A stretch of DNA of 64,000 bases from positions 25,861-89,860 of the forward strand of contig JANRLD010000047.1 of the NCBI GenBank assembly GCA_033762915.1. The letters run 5' to 3'. The first letter of the stretch is position 1, and every line of letters begins with the position of its first letter. The notes below the pieces were generated by a model. That model had not been told where the DNA came from. It made no database searches and worked only from the letters and a program-made list of their open reading frames with translations. This stretch comes from Meiothermus sp. GTDB lineage: Bacteria; Deinococcota; Deinococci; Deinococcales; Thermaceae. A program made the position numbers and the translations under genes. Shown here in pieces: positions 9,307 to 19,534 of this stretch.

Positions 9307-10530
9307 ATGAAAGTGACGCGACGCAAGACGCCCACGGTCTGGGTGGGCAAGGTTCCCAAGGGCGGCGACCACCCGGTGGTGGTGCAGTCCATGACCAACA
9401 CCGACACCGCCGACATCGAGGCCACGGTGGGGCAGGTCTGGGCGCTGGCCAGGGCGGGCTCGGAAGTCGTCCGCATGACCGTTAACAACGACGCGGCCGC
9501 CCAGGCCGTGCCGGAGATTAAGCGCCGCCTGGCCGACCTGGGCACGGACGTTCCCCTGGTGGGCGACTTTCACTTCAACGGGCACATACTGCTGCGGAAG
9601 TACCCCGAGATGGCGCTGGCACTGGACAAGTACCGCATCAACCCCGGCACGGTGGGCAAGGGCAAGCAGCAAGATCCCAACTTCAAAACCATGTGTGAGG
9701 TGGCGGTAGAGTTCGGCAAGCCGGTGCGCATCGGGGTGAACTGGGGCTCACTGGACGCCGGGCTTCTGGACGAGATGATGGACGCCAACGCGACCAGCCC
9801 GAACCCCAAGGAGGCCCATCAGGTGACCCTCGAGACCATCGTGGAGTCCGCCGTGCGAAGCTACGACTGGGCGCTCAGGTACGGCCTCACCGAGGACAAG
9901 ATCATCCTCTCGGCCAAGATTTCCAACGCGCCGGACTTGTGGTGGGTCTACCGCGAGCTGGCCCAGCGCACCCCTGCCGTGCTGCACCTGGGACTAACCG
10001 AGGCGGGCATGGGGGTCAGCGGCATCGTGACCAGCACCGCGGGCCTGACCCCGCTGCTCACCGAGGGCATCGGCGACACCATCCGGGTCTCGATCACCCC
10101 GGCCCCCGGCGAGCCGCGCACCAAGGAGGTCGAGGTCGCGCTGGAAATCCTCCAGGCCCTGGGCATCCGCCAATTCGCCCCCAGCGTGGCGAGCTGCCCC
10201 GGCTGCGGGCGCACCACCAGCACCTTTTTTCAGGAGCTGGCCCTCGAGGTCTCCACCAAGCTGAGCCAGAACATGCCGGTCTGGCGCGACCAGTTTCCCG
10301 GCGTGGAGAACCTCAAGGTGGCGGTGATGGGCTGCGTGGTCAACGGCCCTGGCGAGTCCAAGCACGCCAACATCGGTATTTCCCTGCCCGGAACCGGCGA
10401 ACACCCCCGCGCCCCGGTCTACGTCGACGGCCAGCTCGCCACCACCCTCCAGGGCGACCGCATCGCCGAGGAGTTTATGGAGATGATCCACGGGTACATC
10501 GAGCGGAAGTACGGGAAGGCGGCAGTCTAA
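9307..10530 (+). CDS. ispG: (E)-4-hydroxy-3-methylbut-2-enyl-diphosphate synthase
   Basis: [44 protein letters not shown]. Confidence 0.97.
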   Translation: MKVTRRKTPTVWVGKVPKGGDHPVVVQSMTNTDTADIEATVGQVWALARAGSEVVRMTVNNDAAAQAVPEIKRRLADLGTDVPLVGDFHFNGHILLRKYPEMALALDKYRINPGTVGKGKQQDPNFKTMCEVAVEFGKPVRIGVNWGSLDAGLLDEMMDANATSPNPKEAHQVTLETIVESAVRSYDWALRYGLTEDKIILSAKISNAPDLWWVYRELAQRTPAVLHLGLTEAGMGVSGIVTSTAGLTPLLTEGIGDTIRVSITPAPGEPRTKEVEVALEILQALGIRQFAPSVASCPGCGRTTSTFFQELALEVSTKLSQNMPVWRDQFPGVENLKVAVMGCVVNGPGESKHANIGISLPGTGEHPRAPVYVDGQLATTLQGDRIAEEFMEMIHGYIERKYGKAAV

Positions 10531-10649
10531 GTTGCGCCATAGTGATTTTGCGAAACCCTCCACGCGACAGGGGCAGTGAGTGGCTTACAGGCGCAATGCC
10601 CCAACGGGCTGCCGGGCGGCATTTCGCGTCCCAGCTATGGAGACACTTA
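10528..10649 (+). mobile_element. MITE-like element, family 1, copy A
   Basis: Ends TAAGTTGCGCCATAG ... CTATGGAGACACTTA form an imperfect inverted repeat; 3' half similar to 32008-32205, 36938-37094 and 62532-62729. Confidence 0.6.
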
Positions 10650-10954
10650 GAGGACGGGTGGGAGTGGAGGGCGGAGGGAAACGCAAAGGGGCAAGGCCGT
10701 CCGCCTCACCAAAACCGTCGCCGTTCTGAGCGGGGCGTCTCCACCACCGCGACCACCTCAAGGCCCGGTCGGCAGAATCCCCTTAGGACGAGCTTGCGTC
10801 ATGGTGGCACGGATATCAGAGATCTACAAACCCTGACTCGAGACTCTCCGACGCACGGCCGCCCGTCCTCACGGATTGCACCCGGACTTCCCCTGGCTCC
10901 TTTCTCCTTTTTTGACTTCCCCCTCTGCTTTCCCAATCAAGTAAAGTCTTACGC

Positions 10955-12004
10955 ATGGACTTCCAGAAACTGCTCGAGGCCCACAACCTGGACGTGCTGT
11001 TCGTGTCCAAACCCGAGAACGTGCGCTACCTTTCGGGGTTCGTGGAGGGCAAGGACGGCAAGGTGGTGCTCACCCCCGAGGGGGCGTTCTTCATCACCGA
11101 CGGGCGCTACATCGTGGAGGCGGGGCAGCAGCGCTTCCCCCACCGCATCCTGCTCAGGCGCTCGGAGATGAACAGCCTGCTTAAGGAGTTCTTTCGGGGA
11201 AGGGTCGGCGTCGAGGCCGAGCACCTCAGCGTGGCGACCCTCGAGGGCTTCCGCAAGGATTTCCCCGACCTGGAGTTCGTCTCCACCACCGGCCTGATTG
11301 AGGCCCACCGGATGGTCAAGACCGCCGAGGAGGCCGCCCACATCCGCCGGGCCGCCGAGATCACCGACGCCGGGTTCCGGCACATCTTGCCTTTCATCCA
11401 GCCGGGTGCACGGGAGGTGGACATCGCCCTCGAGCTGGAGTTCTTCTGCCGCCGCAACGGCTCCGAGGGGATGGCCTTCGGGATCACCGTGGCCTCGGGG
11501 GTGCGGGGGGCGCAACCGCACGGCGGGGCCACCGAGAAGTCGATCGAGGCGGGCGAGTTGGTCACGCTGGACTTCGGCTGCGCGGTGGGGGGCTACTGCT
11601 CGGACATGACCCGCACGGTGGGGGTGGGGGATGTCTCCGACAAGCTGCGCGACCTCTACGAGGCGGTGCTGGAGGCCCAGGTGAGGGCACTCGAGGCCGT
11701 CGCGCCGGGGAAATCTGGGAAGGACCTGGACACCATCGCTCGAGACGTCCTGACCGCCAGGGGCTACGGCGACCACTTCACCCACTCGCTGGGGCACGGG
11801 GTAGGGCTGTTCATTCATGAGGGGCCTTCATTAAGCCAGACCTCAGCAGACCTGCTCGAGGCCGGGAACATCGTCACCATCGAGCCAGGCGCCTACATAC
11901 CGGGGGTCGGGGGCTGCCGGATCGAAGATTTGGCCCTGGTGAGAAATGGGGGGTATGAGGTATTATCCTCGAGTCCCAAGTCCTTCATTCATCTCCCCGC
12001 ATAG
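10955..12004 (+). CDS. Xaa-Pro aminopeptidase (M24B)
   Basis: Creatinase N-domain, DFG..Y.SDMTRT, HSLGHGVG, IEPG, RIED. Confidence 0.93.
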   Translation: MDFQKLLEAHNLDVLFVSKPENVRYLSGFVEGKDGKVVLTPEGAFFITDGRYIVEAGQQRFPHRILLRRSEMNSLLKEFFRGRVGVEAEHLSVATLEGFRKDFPDLEFVSTTGLIEAHRMVKTAEEAAHIRRAAEITDAGFRHILPFIQPGAREVDIALELEFFCRRNGSEGMAFGITVASGVRGAQPHGGATEKSIEAGELVTLDFGCAVGGYCSDMTRTVGVGDVSDKLRDLYEAVLEAQVRALEAVAPGKSGKDLDTIARDVLTARGYGDHFTHSLGHGVGLFIHEGPSLSQTSADLLEAGNIVTIEPGAYIPGVGGCRIEDLALVRNGGYEVLSSSPKSFIHLPA

Positions 12005-12060
12005 CTCATCATCTTGAGTAAAGGATTGCCTTGTACACCGGGGACATAGGCGACGAACCG

Positions 12061-12807
12061 ATGAGACCGAAAAACCTGATTGCCCCGCTCTCCTGGAGAA
12101 CGGCCCTCCCGACGCTGCTGTGCATGTGGGGCCTGGCTTTCGCGCAGACCACCGACCCCGAGGCGCGGGTCTATACTGTGCAGTTCGGCGACACTCTCGA
12201 GTCCATTGCGCTGGAGCAGGGCCTCAGCGTGGAGGAATTGAGGGCCGCCAACCTGATGGGGGTGGACGAGCCCCTCATCGAGGGCGCCACCTTGATTCTC
12301 CCCGCCGACCTCGAGCTGCTGGTGCCGGTGGAGATTCCCTTGGGTCAGGACATGGGGGTAGCCCTGGAGTTCGTGCCCCTGCCCTGGGCGCCCGCCGCAC
12401 CAGTGCTCCCTGCCGTCCCGGCCCCTACGCCCCGGCCCGCTCAGCAGGCCCAGCGCCAGATCCCCCAACCCGCCCAGCCCGCTCGTGTGGTTCCCCCGCC
12501 CGCGCTACAGCTGCCGGTCTACCAACTCGGCTGGGCCTCCTGGTATGGCCCGCGCTTCCATGGGCGGCTGACCGCCAACGGCGAGCGCTTCAACACCTAC
12601 GCCATGACTGCAGCCCACCGCTACTTGCCCTTCAACACCAGGGTGGTAGTTACCAACCTGATCAACGGGCGCAACGTCACGGTTCGCATCAACGACCGCG
12701 GCCCCTTCATCCGGGGCCGCATCATTGACCTCTCCTTCGCGGCGGCGCGGCAACTGGGCTTCTACAACTCTGGCATTACGCGCGTGAGCTTGCGGATCAT
12801 CCGATAG
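12061..12807 (+). CDS. rlpA: LysM-domain RlpA-family lytic transglycosylase (no SPOR domain)
   Basis: Signal peptide, LysM ([13 protein letters not shown]), Pro-rich linker, DPBB domain (ASWYG, TAAHR, INDRGP, IIDLS). Confidence 0.85.
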   Translation: MRPKNLIAPLSWRTALPTLLCMWGLAFAQTTDPEARVYTVQFGDTLESIALEQGLSVEELRAANLMGVDEPLIEGATLILPADLELLVPVEIPLGQDMGVALEFVPLPWAPAAPVLPAVPAPTPRPAQQAQRQIPQPAQPARVVPPPALQLPVYQLGWASWYGPRFHGRLTANGERFNTYAMTAAHRYLPFNTRVVVTNLINGRNVTVRINDRGPFIRGRIIDLSFAAARQLGFYNSGITRVSLRIIR

Positions 12808-13153
12808 CGGGTGGGGGCCAGGGTCTTTGCGGGGCCGCCGGATGGAGCAGTCACGCGCCACCGGTGCAAGCACGGGCACCTCGAGACGGTGCTTTGCAAC
12901 TCAGCCATACAGACCCTGAGGGAGTTGGGGTGAGGGTTCTGACCTCGAGGTTTGGCCGGGCGTGATTCCCTAAGCACTTCCCACCGGCGCAGCGCTTTGC
13001 ACTGCCTTCTCATTTCCGCCCTGCCTCTTCCCTCTCTGCAGCGGATTTCGATCCATGGGCTGCAAAACCATGGGGCTGAAATCCGTTCCCCGCCGCGTTT
13101 TCGGAGTACGGTGTGGCGAGAATCAATCTGCCCGCCGCGATATGCTGTAGGCC

Positions 13154-13966
13154 ATGCCCGTCCGCTACGGCTTTCACCTCTCCATCTCCGGCAAGCTGGG
13201 CATCGAGGGGGCTGCGCTCGAGGCTGAGCTGTTGGGCCTGACCGCGCTGCAAATCTTCGCCAAGAGCCCCCGCGCCTGGAAGACCCGCGCCCTCAAGGGA
13301 GGCGAGCTCGAGGGCTTCCGCGCACGGCGCGAGAACCTGGGCGGGCTGCCCGGGGTGATCCACGCCTCGTACCTGGTCAACCTGGCCAGCGCCGATGAGG
13401 AGTTATGGGGCAAGTCGGTGTTCAGTCTGGCCGACGACCTGGCCAAGGCCCAGCAGCTCGGCGTGGAATACGTCTGCGTCCATCCAGGCTCCGGCGAGGG
13501 GGGGCGCTGCCTCGAGGGCGCACTGAAGGCCCTCACGCTGGCCGACGTGGGCAGGAGCGGCCCCCGACTGCTGCTCGAGAACACTGCAGGGGGCGGCGAG
13601 AAGCTGGGCAGCCGCCTCGAGACCCTGGCCGCCCTGATCGCGGGCACGCCGCTAGGCGTCTGCCTCGACACCTGCCACGCCTTCGCGGCGGGCTACCCGG
13701 TGGACGAGTTGGTGGACACCGTCGAATCCACCGTCGGCCTCGCCAACGTCCCGGTGATCCACTTCAACGACTCCGCCGAGGAATTCGGCTCCGAGAAAGA
13801 CCGCCACGCCAACCTGAGCGAAGGCCACATCGGCGGAGGACTGAGGACAGTCTTGCGGGACAGCCGACTCGAAGACAAGCTCTTCATCATGGAGTCCCAG
13901 CGTGGCACGCGGGAGGATGCCCACAACCTGCGGACGATACGGGAGTGGCTGGGGGGTAAGGCGTAG
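13154..13966 (+). CDS. nfo: Endonuclease IV
   Basis: HLS, HASYLVNL, HPG, ENTAG, DTCH, HFNDS, DRH metal ligands. Confidence 0.93.
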   Translation: MPVRYGFHLSISGKLGIEGAALEAELLGLTALQIFAKSPRAWKTRALKGGELEGFRARRENLGGLPGVIHASYLVNLASADEELWGKSVFSLADDLAKAQQLGVEYVCVHPGSGEGGRCLEGALKALTLADVGRSGPRLLLENTAGGGEKLGSRLETLAALIAGTPLGVCLDTCHAFAAGYPVDELVDTVESTVGLANVPVIHFNDSAEEFGSEKDRHANLSEGHIGGGLRTVLRDSRLEDKLFIMESQRGTREDAHNLRTIREWLGGKA

Positions 13967-14300
13967 GCCTTGGGGAGCACAAGCCAAGGTCAGAACCGCC
14001 CGCGCTGTCGGATTCGGCAAAACCCCGCACGGCCCTGCGCCTTGTGCGGCCTCCGCTTGATGCGCGCAGCAAACCGATGGCAGGGCTCTCCTCTGACCGT
14101 CGCCACGGGAGGGCAAGAGAGGCGGGCGGCTCGCGCCCCTGACGCGCCCCCTTGGGCCTCGGGTCTGCACCAAACCGCCTGTAAATCCGACCACCGCAGC
14201 TATCAGGAGGGGTCAACCGGCCGCAAGGGCAGGAACCCCCAACCGCCCTCAACGAGCGGGGGTCGCGATTGACCAGCTTTTCCCTCTCACGCGACCCCTA

Positions 14301-14329
14301 TTGCAATCCACTTACGCAAATAACATAAT
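14301..14329 (+). promoter_or_regulatory. ruvB promoter containing an RDRM-like 17-bp palindrome
   Basis: TTGCAA, 17 bp, CATAAT; TTACGCAAATAACATAA at 14312-14328; ATG 6 nt after the -10 (leaderless). Confidence 0.75.
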
Positions 14330-14335
14330 GGTAGG

Positions 14336-15322
14336 ATGGTTGCTGTGGAAGCGGATTTAACCTTGCGCCCGAGGAGCCTCGAGGAGTATGTCGGGCAGGA
14401 GAAACTGAAGAAGAAGCTGCGGGTCTACCTCGAGGCGGCCAAGAACCGCTCGGAGGCGCTGGATCACCTGCTCTTGTTCGGGCCGCCGGGGCTGGGCAAG
14501 ACCACCCTGGCCCACGTGGTCGCCAACGAGCTGGGCGTGAACGTGCGCGTAACCAGCGGCCCCGCCATCGAGAAGCCCGGCGACCTCGCCGCCATCCTCA
14601 CCAACAGCCTCGAGGAGGGCGACGTTCTGTTCATAGACGAGATCCACCGCCTCTCCCGCACCGCCGAGGAGCACCTCTACCCGGCGATGGAGGATTTCAA
14701 GATCGACATCGTGATCGGGCAGGGCCCGGCGGCCCGCACCCTGCGCCTCGACCTGCCGCGCTTCACCCTGATCGGCGCGACCACCCGCCCCGGCCTGATC
14801 TCCAGCCCGCTCCGCAGCCGCTTCGGGATCATCGAGCACCTCGAGTTCTATACCGACGGTGAGCTGGCCAAAGGGGTCGAGCGCGACGCGAGGATAATGG
14901 GGCTCGACATCGCCAAGGAGGCGGCCCTCGAGATCGGGCGGCGCAGCCGGGGCACCATGCGAATCGCCAAGCGCCTGTTCCGCCGGGTGCGCGACTTCGC
15001 TGAGGTGGCGGGTGAGCAACTCGTCACCCCCGAGCGCACCACCCACGCCCTCGACGCATTGGGCATGGACACCCTGGGCCTCGACGCCCGCGACCGCCTC
15101 ATCATCCAGACCATGGTCGAGCGCTTCGCGGGCGGGCCGGTAGGCCTCGAGACCCTGGCCACCGCCCTCTCCGAGGACCCCGAGACCCTGGAAGAAGTCC
15201 ACGAACCCTTCCTGATCCAGCTGGGCCTGATTAAGCGCACGCCTCGAGGCCGCCAAGCCACCGAACGGGCGTACACGCACTTCGGCTACCCGCTGCCGGA
15301 GCAGGGCAGGCTGATGGAGTAA
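14336..15322 (+). CDS. ruvB: Holliday junction branch migration helicase RuvB
   Basis: [39 protein letters not shown]. Confidence 0.98.
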   Translation: MVAVEADLTLRPRSLEEYVGQEKLKKKLRVYLEAAKNRSEALDHLLLFGPPGLGKTTLAHVVANELGVNVRVTSGPAIEKPGDLAAILTNSLEEGDVLFIDEIHRLSRTAEEHLYPAMEDFKIDIVIGQGPAARTLRLDLPRFTLIGATTRPGLISSPLRSRFGIIEHLEFYTDGELAKGVERDARIMGLDIAKEAALEIGRRSRGTMRIAKRLFRRVRDFAEVAGEQLVTPERTTHALDALGMDTLGLDARDRLIIQTMVERFAGGPVGLETLATALSEDPETLEEVHEPFLIQLGLIKRTPRGRQATERAYTHFGYPLPEQGRLME

Positions 15323-15405
15323 AGGGCAGCCCGCAACAAGTGCCGCCGGTTGACCTATTCCCGCCTCCCCCTAGCCCCTTCACCACCCCTGCGGTATAAC
15401 AGCGC

Positions 15406-16050
15406 ATGGCGAGTTTCAGCTACCACAAGCCCAAAGACTCCCTCCCATACGCGCTCTACCTGCCCGAAGGCCGGGCCCCAAAAGGCGGGTGGCCGCTCAT
15501 TGTGTTCCTGCACGGCTCGGGCGAGCGGGGCAAGGACGGCAGGAAGCAGGCCGCCGTGGGGATCGGCCCGGCCATCCTCGAGCAGCCCGGCAACTGGCCC
15601 GCGGTGGTGCTGATGCCCCAGTGTCCGGCCAAGGCGCAGTGGCGCGGGAAGCCCCTCGAGCAGGCCTACGAACTGCTGGGCCAGATCGAGCGGGAGTACC
15701 GGACCAATAAGAACCGGGTCTACCTTACCGGCCTCTCGATGGGCGGGGCGGGAGCCTGGAGCCTGGGGGCGCTCTACCCCGAGCGCTTCGCCGCGATGGC
15801 CCCCATCTGCGGTTCGGGCGACCCCTTCACGGCCTGGTCCAGCCTGGGCCAGATGCCCATCTGGAATTTCCACGGCAGCGCCGACGAGGTGGTGCCCGCC
15901 AGCTTCTCCAGGGCGCTGGCCGACGCGATGGCCAGGGCCGGGAACAGCCGCGCCGTCTTCACTGAGTACGCCGCCGAGCGGCACGACGTGTGGGATCGGG
16001 TCTACCGCGACCCCGCCCTGATCGCCTGGCTATTCGCGCAGAAGCGATAG
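15406..16050 (+). CDS. Alpha/beta hydrolase (predicted peptidase/esterase)
   Basis: FLHGSGERG, GLSMGG nucleophile elbow, HG..D.VV, catalytic His in HDVW. Confidence 0.85.
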   Translation: MASFSYHKPKDSLPYALYLPEGRAPKGGWPLIVFLHGSGERGKDGRKQAAVGIGPAILEQPGNWPAVVLMPQCPAKAQWRGKPLEQAYELLGQIEREYRTNKNRVYLTGLSMGGAGAWSLGALYPERFAAMAPICGSGDPFTAWSSLGQMPIWNFHGSADEVVPASFSRALADAMARAGNSRAVFTEYAAERHDVWDRVYRDPALIAWLFAQKR

Positions 16051-16146
16051 AACAACGCGCAAAGCCCGTGCGCCGAAACTTCGGCCCCAAGGCTCCACCT
16101 AAAAACCCAGCAAGAACGCACCAAGCACCGAAGGGGTCTGTGCTGA

Positions 16147-16254
16147 TCGCGTTTCCCTCCATTACCTCCCTCACGGCGGCAGGTAATGTACTCCCTACAG
16201 CAACAGCAAAAACCGCCCGCTTTAGCGCCGTAGGGAGTATGCGGGGGAACCGCT
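16147..16254 (+). repeat. Structured REP/MITE-like repeat, family 2, copy 1
   Basis: About 108 bp, closely similar to 49898-50000; internal hairpins ATTACCT..AGGTAAT and TACTCCCTAC..GTAGGGAGTA. Confidence 0.75.
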
Positions 16255-16255
16255 G

Positions 16256-18508
16256 TCAGGCACTGCGATTCTCGCCTGGGCGACTGGAGGGCGACCCCAC
16301 GCCGGCCCGCTTTCCCCGCTTCCGACGCGATTTAGGCGAGGCCTTGGCCTCGCCTACCGGCTCTTTGGGTAGACCCAGCTGCTGAAGATAGCCGGCCCGC
16401 CCGAAGGTCTGCTCGCCCAGCCGCACCACCTGAGCGTCGGCGAACTCGAACAGTATCCGCAGCATTGCCCGCAAGAACCGCTTGCCGGGCCTCCCGCTCA
16501 GCCCGAACACCCGGCCCTGTTGCTCGGCCTCGAGAAACTGCCCGCCCGGGGTCCAGAACTGCCATAGGTCGGCCTCGTGGTCGGCGAAGACCTCGAGGCC
16601 CGCCTGCCGAACCTTAAAGCGGTAGGAGAAGGGGCGGTAAAACTGCGCCGCGTACTGCCGGTACAGCGCCTCCTCGGTTGCCAGCAGATCGGCCCGGAGC
16701 CGGATCTGACCGCGCTCGGAGAGTTCGGAGTCCTCGAGCCGCTGCAACAGGGCTATGCGCTCGTCCTCGAGGTCGCGCTGCTCGGGCGGCCTCTCGGGCT
16801 CGGGGGTGAACTCGCCGTAGGGGTTAAGGCGGGTGGCAGGACGCCCCAGCATGGCGGCCTCGGCCTCGGCGTAGCTGGGGTACTCGACCAGCACCCCGCC
16901 CTCCAGCCCCCAGAAACGGGTCGCCACCTTCTTGACCAGCACCCGGTCGTGCGAGACGAACAGCAGGGTACCGGGGTAGTCGGTGAGGGCCCGCTCGAGG
17001 GCCTCGAGCAGTTCGAGCTCGATGTGGTTGGTGGGCTCGTCCATCACCAACAGACCGGCCCGCAGCGCGCCCAGCAGGGCCAGCCCGGCCCGTGCCCGCT
17101 CCCCGCCCGAGAAGCTCTTCGGGGGGTCGTCCCAGCGCGGCGGCCGGAACCCTACCCGCCCCAGCAGCGCGGCGGCCCTCGAGTCGCCAAAGCGTCCCCG
17201 GAATTGGGCGAACAGCGGGGCGTCCGGCGCGAGCCCGTGGTAGAGCTGGTCGAGGTAGGCCACGCTCACCCCGTTGCCCAGCACCCGCTCCCCGGCGTCG
17301 GGGAACTCCCGCGACAGCAGCAGCCGCAGCAGGGTCGTCTTCCCCGACCCGTTGGCCCCCACCAGCGCGATCCGGTCGCCCCGGAAGATGCGGAGGCTGG
17401 CGTCTTGGATGACTTCACGCCGGGTGCCAGAGGGCGGGCTGGAGGTTTGTGGCTGGTAGCCCCTGGTTTCCAGGGTTCCCTGCTCCTCGTTCCCTGTTGG
17501 CCTCCCCCGGCCCCCGACGGCGTAACCCTTCACCAGCCCCTTGGCCTCGAGGACCAGCTTCGGCGTCCCCTCGGCGGCCAGCTCGAGGCTCCACCTCCGC
17601 TCGGGGGGGAGAGGGTCGGGGGTCTGGATGCGCTCGGCGCGGGACTGGAGGGCCAAGCGCTGGTTGGCACGGCGGTCCGAGCCGGGCCTGCGCCGGTCGG
17701 GCAGCTCGTCGAGGAGCCGCCTGCGCTCCTTCTCGGCCTCGTGGCGGGCCTTCTCGACGGTGCGCTTGATGCGCTCGCGCTCCTGGAGGTAGACGTTATA
17801 GCCGCCCGCCACCCGGAACAGCCGGGCCTCCTCGAGGTGGTAGACGGTCTGAGCCACCCGTGCTACCAGCGCCCGGTCGTGGGAGATCATCGCCACCGCG
17901 CCGGGGTAGTAGAGCAGCAGTTCCTCGAGGCGCAGACGCATCCTCAGGTCGAGGTGGGTGGTCGGCTCGTCCAGCAGCAGCACCTCGGCCCCGGAGAGGA
18001 AGGTCATGGCCAATCCCAGCCGCACCCCCTCCCCGCCCGAGAGCCCCTCCACCGGGGATTCCCACTTGTCTTGCAGCCCGAAATCGGCCAGCACCTTGGC
18101 CACCCGGCCCCGCCAGAAGGAGTACTCGTTGACCCTGGCCCAGAACTCGCCCGCCTGCTCCGGCGGGGCGGCCTCGAGTTCCCGCTCGGCCCGGTACAGC
18201 GGCGTGATCCGGTAGGCGCTCTGGTGAACCGTCACGCCCTCGAGGGGGGGGCGGAAGTCCTGAGGGAGGTAGACCACCGAGGCGCTGCGGGGGCGCTCGA
18301 GCCTCCCCCCGTCCAGGGTGTTGCGTCCGGCCAGGCACTGGAAAAGGGTGCTCTTGCCCGAGCCGTTGGCCCCGATCAGTACGGCCCGCTCGCGGGGCTC
18401 GAGCCAGAAATTGGCCCCCCGGAACAGCGCCCGCTCGCCAAAGAGTTTTTCACCTTCGGTCAAACGCAGGGCAACATCGGGGCGTTGGAGCACAGCACGA
18501 ATCAGCAT
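16256..18508 (-). CDS. ABC-F family ATP-binding protein with C-terminal extension
   Basis: Two nucleotide-binding domains (GANGSGKS/T, LSGGE/FSGGE, DEPT, SHDR), inter-domain linker, no TM segments; start uncertain. Confidence 0.9.
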   Translation of the reverse strand: MLIRAVLQRPDVALRLTEGEKLFGERALFRGANFWLEPRERAVLIGANGSGKSTLFQCLAGRNTLDGGRLERPRSASVVYLPQDFRPPLEGVTVHQSAYRITPLYRAERELEAAPPEQAGEFWARVNEYSFWRGRVAKVLADFGLQDKWESPVEGLSGGEGVRLGLAMTFLSGAEVLLLDEPTTHLDLRMRLRLEELLLYYPGAVAMISHDRALVARVAQTVYHLEEARLFRVAGGYNVYLQERERIKRTVEKARHEAEKERRRLLDELPDRRRPGSDRRANQRLALQSRAERIQTPDPLPPERRWSLELAAEGTPKLVLEAKGLVKGYAVGGRGRPTGNEEQGTLETRGYQPQTSSPPSGTRREVIQDASLRIFRGDRIALVGANGSGKTTLLRLLLSREFPDAGERVLGNGVSVAYLDQLYHGLAPDAPLFAQFRGRFGDSRAAALLGRVGFRPPRWDDPPKSFSGGERARAGLALLGALRAGLLVMDEPTNHIELELLEALERALTDYPGTLLFVSHDRVLVKKVATRFWGLEGGVLVEYPSYAEAEAAMLGRPATRLNPYGEFTPEPERPPEQRDLEDERIALLQRLEDSELSERGQIRLRADLLATEEALYRQYAAQFYRPFSYRFKVRQAGLEVFADHEADLWQFWTPGGQFLEAEQQGRVFGLSGRPGKRFLRAMLRILFEFADAQVVRLGEQTFGRAGYLQQLGLPKEPVGEAKASPKSRRKRGKRAGVGSPSSRPGENRSA

Positions 18509-18776
18509 AGCAGCCGGCGGCCAAGGGTGATGGGCGATGAGCGCTGGATGCACCGAAAGGCAGACCCATCAGTCCCGAACCCAGGGGGTGCCGGTGCCCT
18601 CGCCGCGGCCCAAAGAAGCGGCGTAAAGCTAAGGGCGGTGCGCCCGAGGAACCTGGGGCATCCGGAGCTCAGCCGACCGCGGCGGTTCTTGGCAATGCCC
18701 CCAACCGGCTTTCACCACTTCAGCAGTCGGGGAAAGCCGGGACAGGAAACTTTGGGGTATCCTATTAGATGAAGGG

Positions 18777-18805
18777 TTGACGAAAATAACAGTGTAAAGT
18801 ATATT
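18777..18805 (+). promoter_or_regulatory. TetR-gene promoter with putative operator
   Basis: TTGACG, 17 bp, TATATT; ATAACAGTGTAAA (18786-18798) lies in the spacer; GTG start 6 nt after the -10. Confidence 0.7.
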
Positions 18806-18811
18806 GACATC

Positions 18812-19471
18812 GTGAGCACGGCATCAGTAACCCGACAGGCCCGCATCAAGCAGAACAGTGCGGAGCGGCGGGAGCGGTCGCGTCAAGAGACGCGTCAGGC
18901 CATCCTCGAGGCCGCCATCGAGATGTTCGAGCGCGAGGGCTACGAGGGCTTCAGCCTGCGCCAAGTGGCCGAGTCCATCGGCTACACCCCCACCACCATC
19001 TATCTCTACTTCAAAGACAAGGACGACCTGCTCTTCGCCGTTTGCAGCCAGGGCTTTGCCGAGTTCACCCAGGCCCTCCAGACCGCCTACGACACCCACC
19101 CCGACCCCCTTGAGCGCCTCCGCGCCCTGGCTTGGGCCTACTTCGAGTTCGGCCTCTCGCACCCCCTGCACTACCAGATGATGTTCATGCAGCGCAGCGA
19201 GTGGGTGCTCAGGGCCACCGATCTCAAGGGCGATGTGGAGGGCGCCAACTCGTTCATGATCCAGCTAAACGCCGTGGTGGAGGCGATGAAGGCCGGGAAG
19301 ATACGCCTGGGAGACCCTGTGGAGCGCACCAACCTGCTATGGGCGAGTGTCCATGGCATCGTCTCGCTGGCCCTGAGCATGCGCGGCGTGGTGCCCAAGT
19401 GGGACGAGGCCAGTGCCCGCCGGCTGCTGGAGGAATACCTCGAGGTGCTGGTGCACGGGCTGAGCCCCTAG
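18812..19471 (+). CDS. TetR/AcrR-family regulator (WHG-like C-terminal domain)
   Basis: HTH FSLRQVAESIGYTPTTIYLYFKDKDDL; W..VHG motif. Confidence 0.93.
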   Translation: MSTASVTRQARIKQNSAERRERSRQETRQAILEAAIEMFEREGYEGFSLRQVAESIGYTPTTIYLYFKDKDDLLFAVCSQGFAEFTQALQTAYDTHPDPLERLRALAWAYFEFGLSHPLHYQMMFMQRSEWVLRATDLKGDVEGANSFMIQLNAVVEAMKAGKIRLGDPVERTNLLWASVHGIVSLALSMRGVVPKWDEASARRLLEEYLEVLVHGLSP

Positions 19472-19494
19472 GCCCTCTTTTTTTTGTCAGTCAG

Positions 19495-19507
19495 TTTACG
19501 GTGTTAT
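19495..19507. promoter_or_regulatory. Second copy of the putative TetR operator
   Basis: TTTACGGTGTTAT; reverse complement ATAACACCGTAAA matches the upstream site at 11/13. Confidence 0.5.
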
Positions 19508-19534
19508 CTAAAACAGTTGTGTAAGGAGGAAGTA

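Noticed and set aside
10670..10700. GGAAACGCAAAG, resembling a c-di-GMP-I riboswitch
   Set aside because: The P1/P2 architecture is missing, and the sequence is explained by a family 2 repeat end
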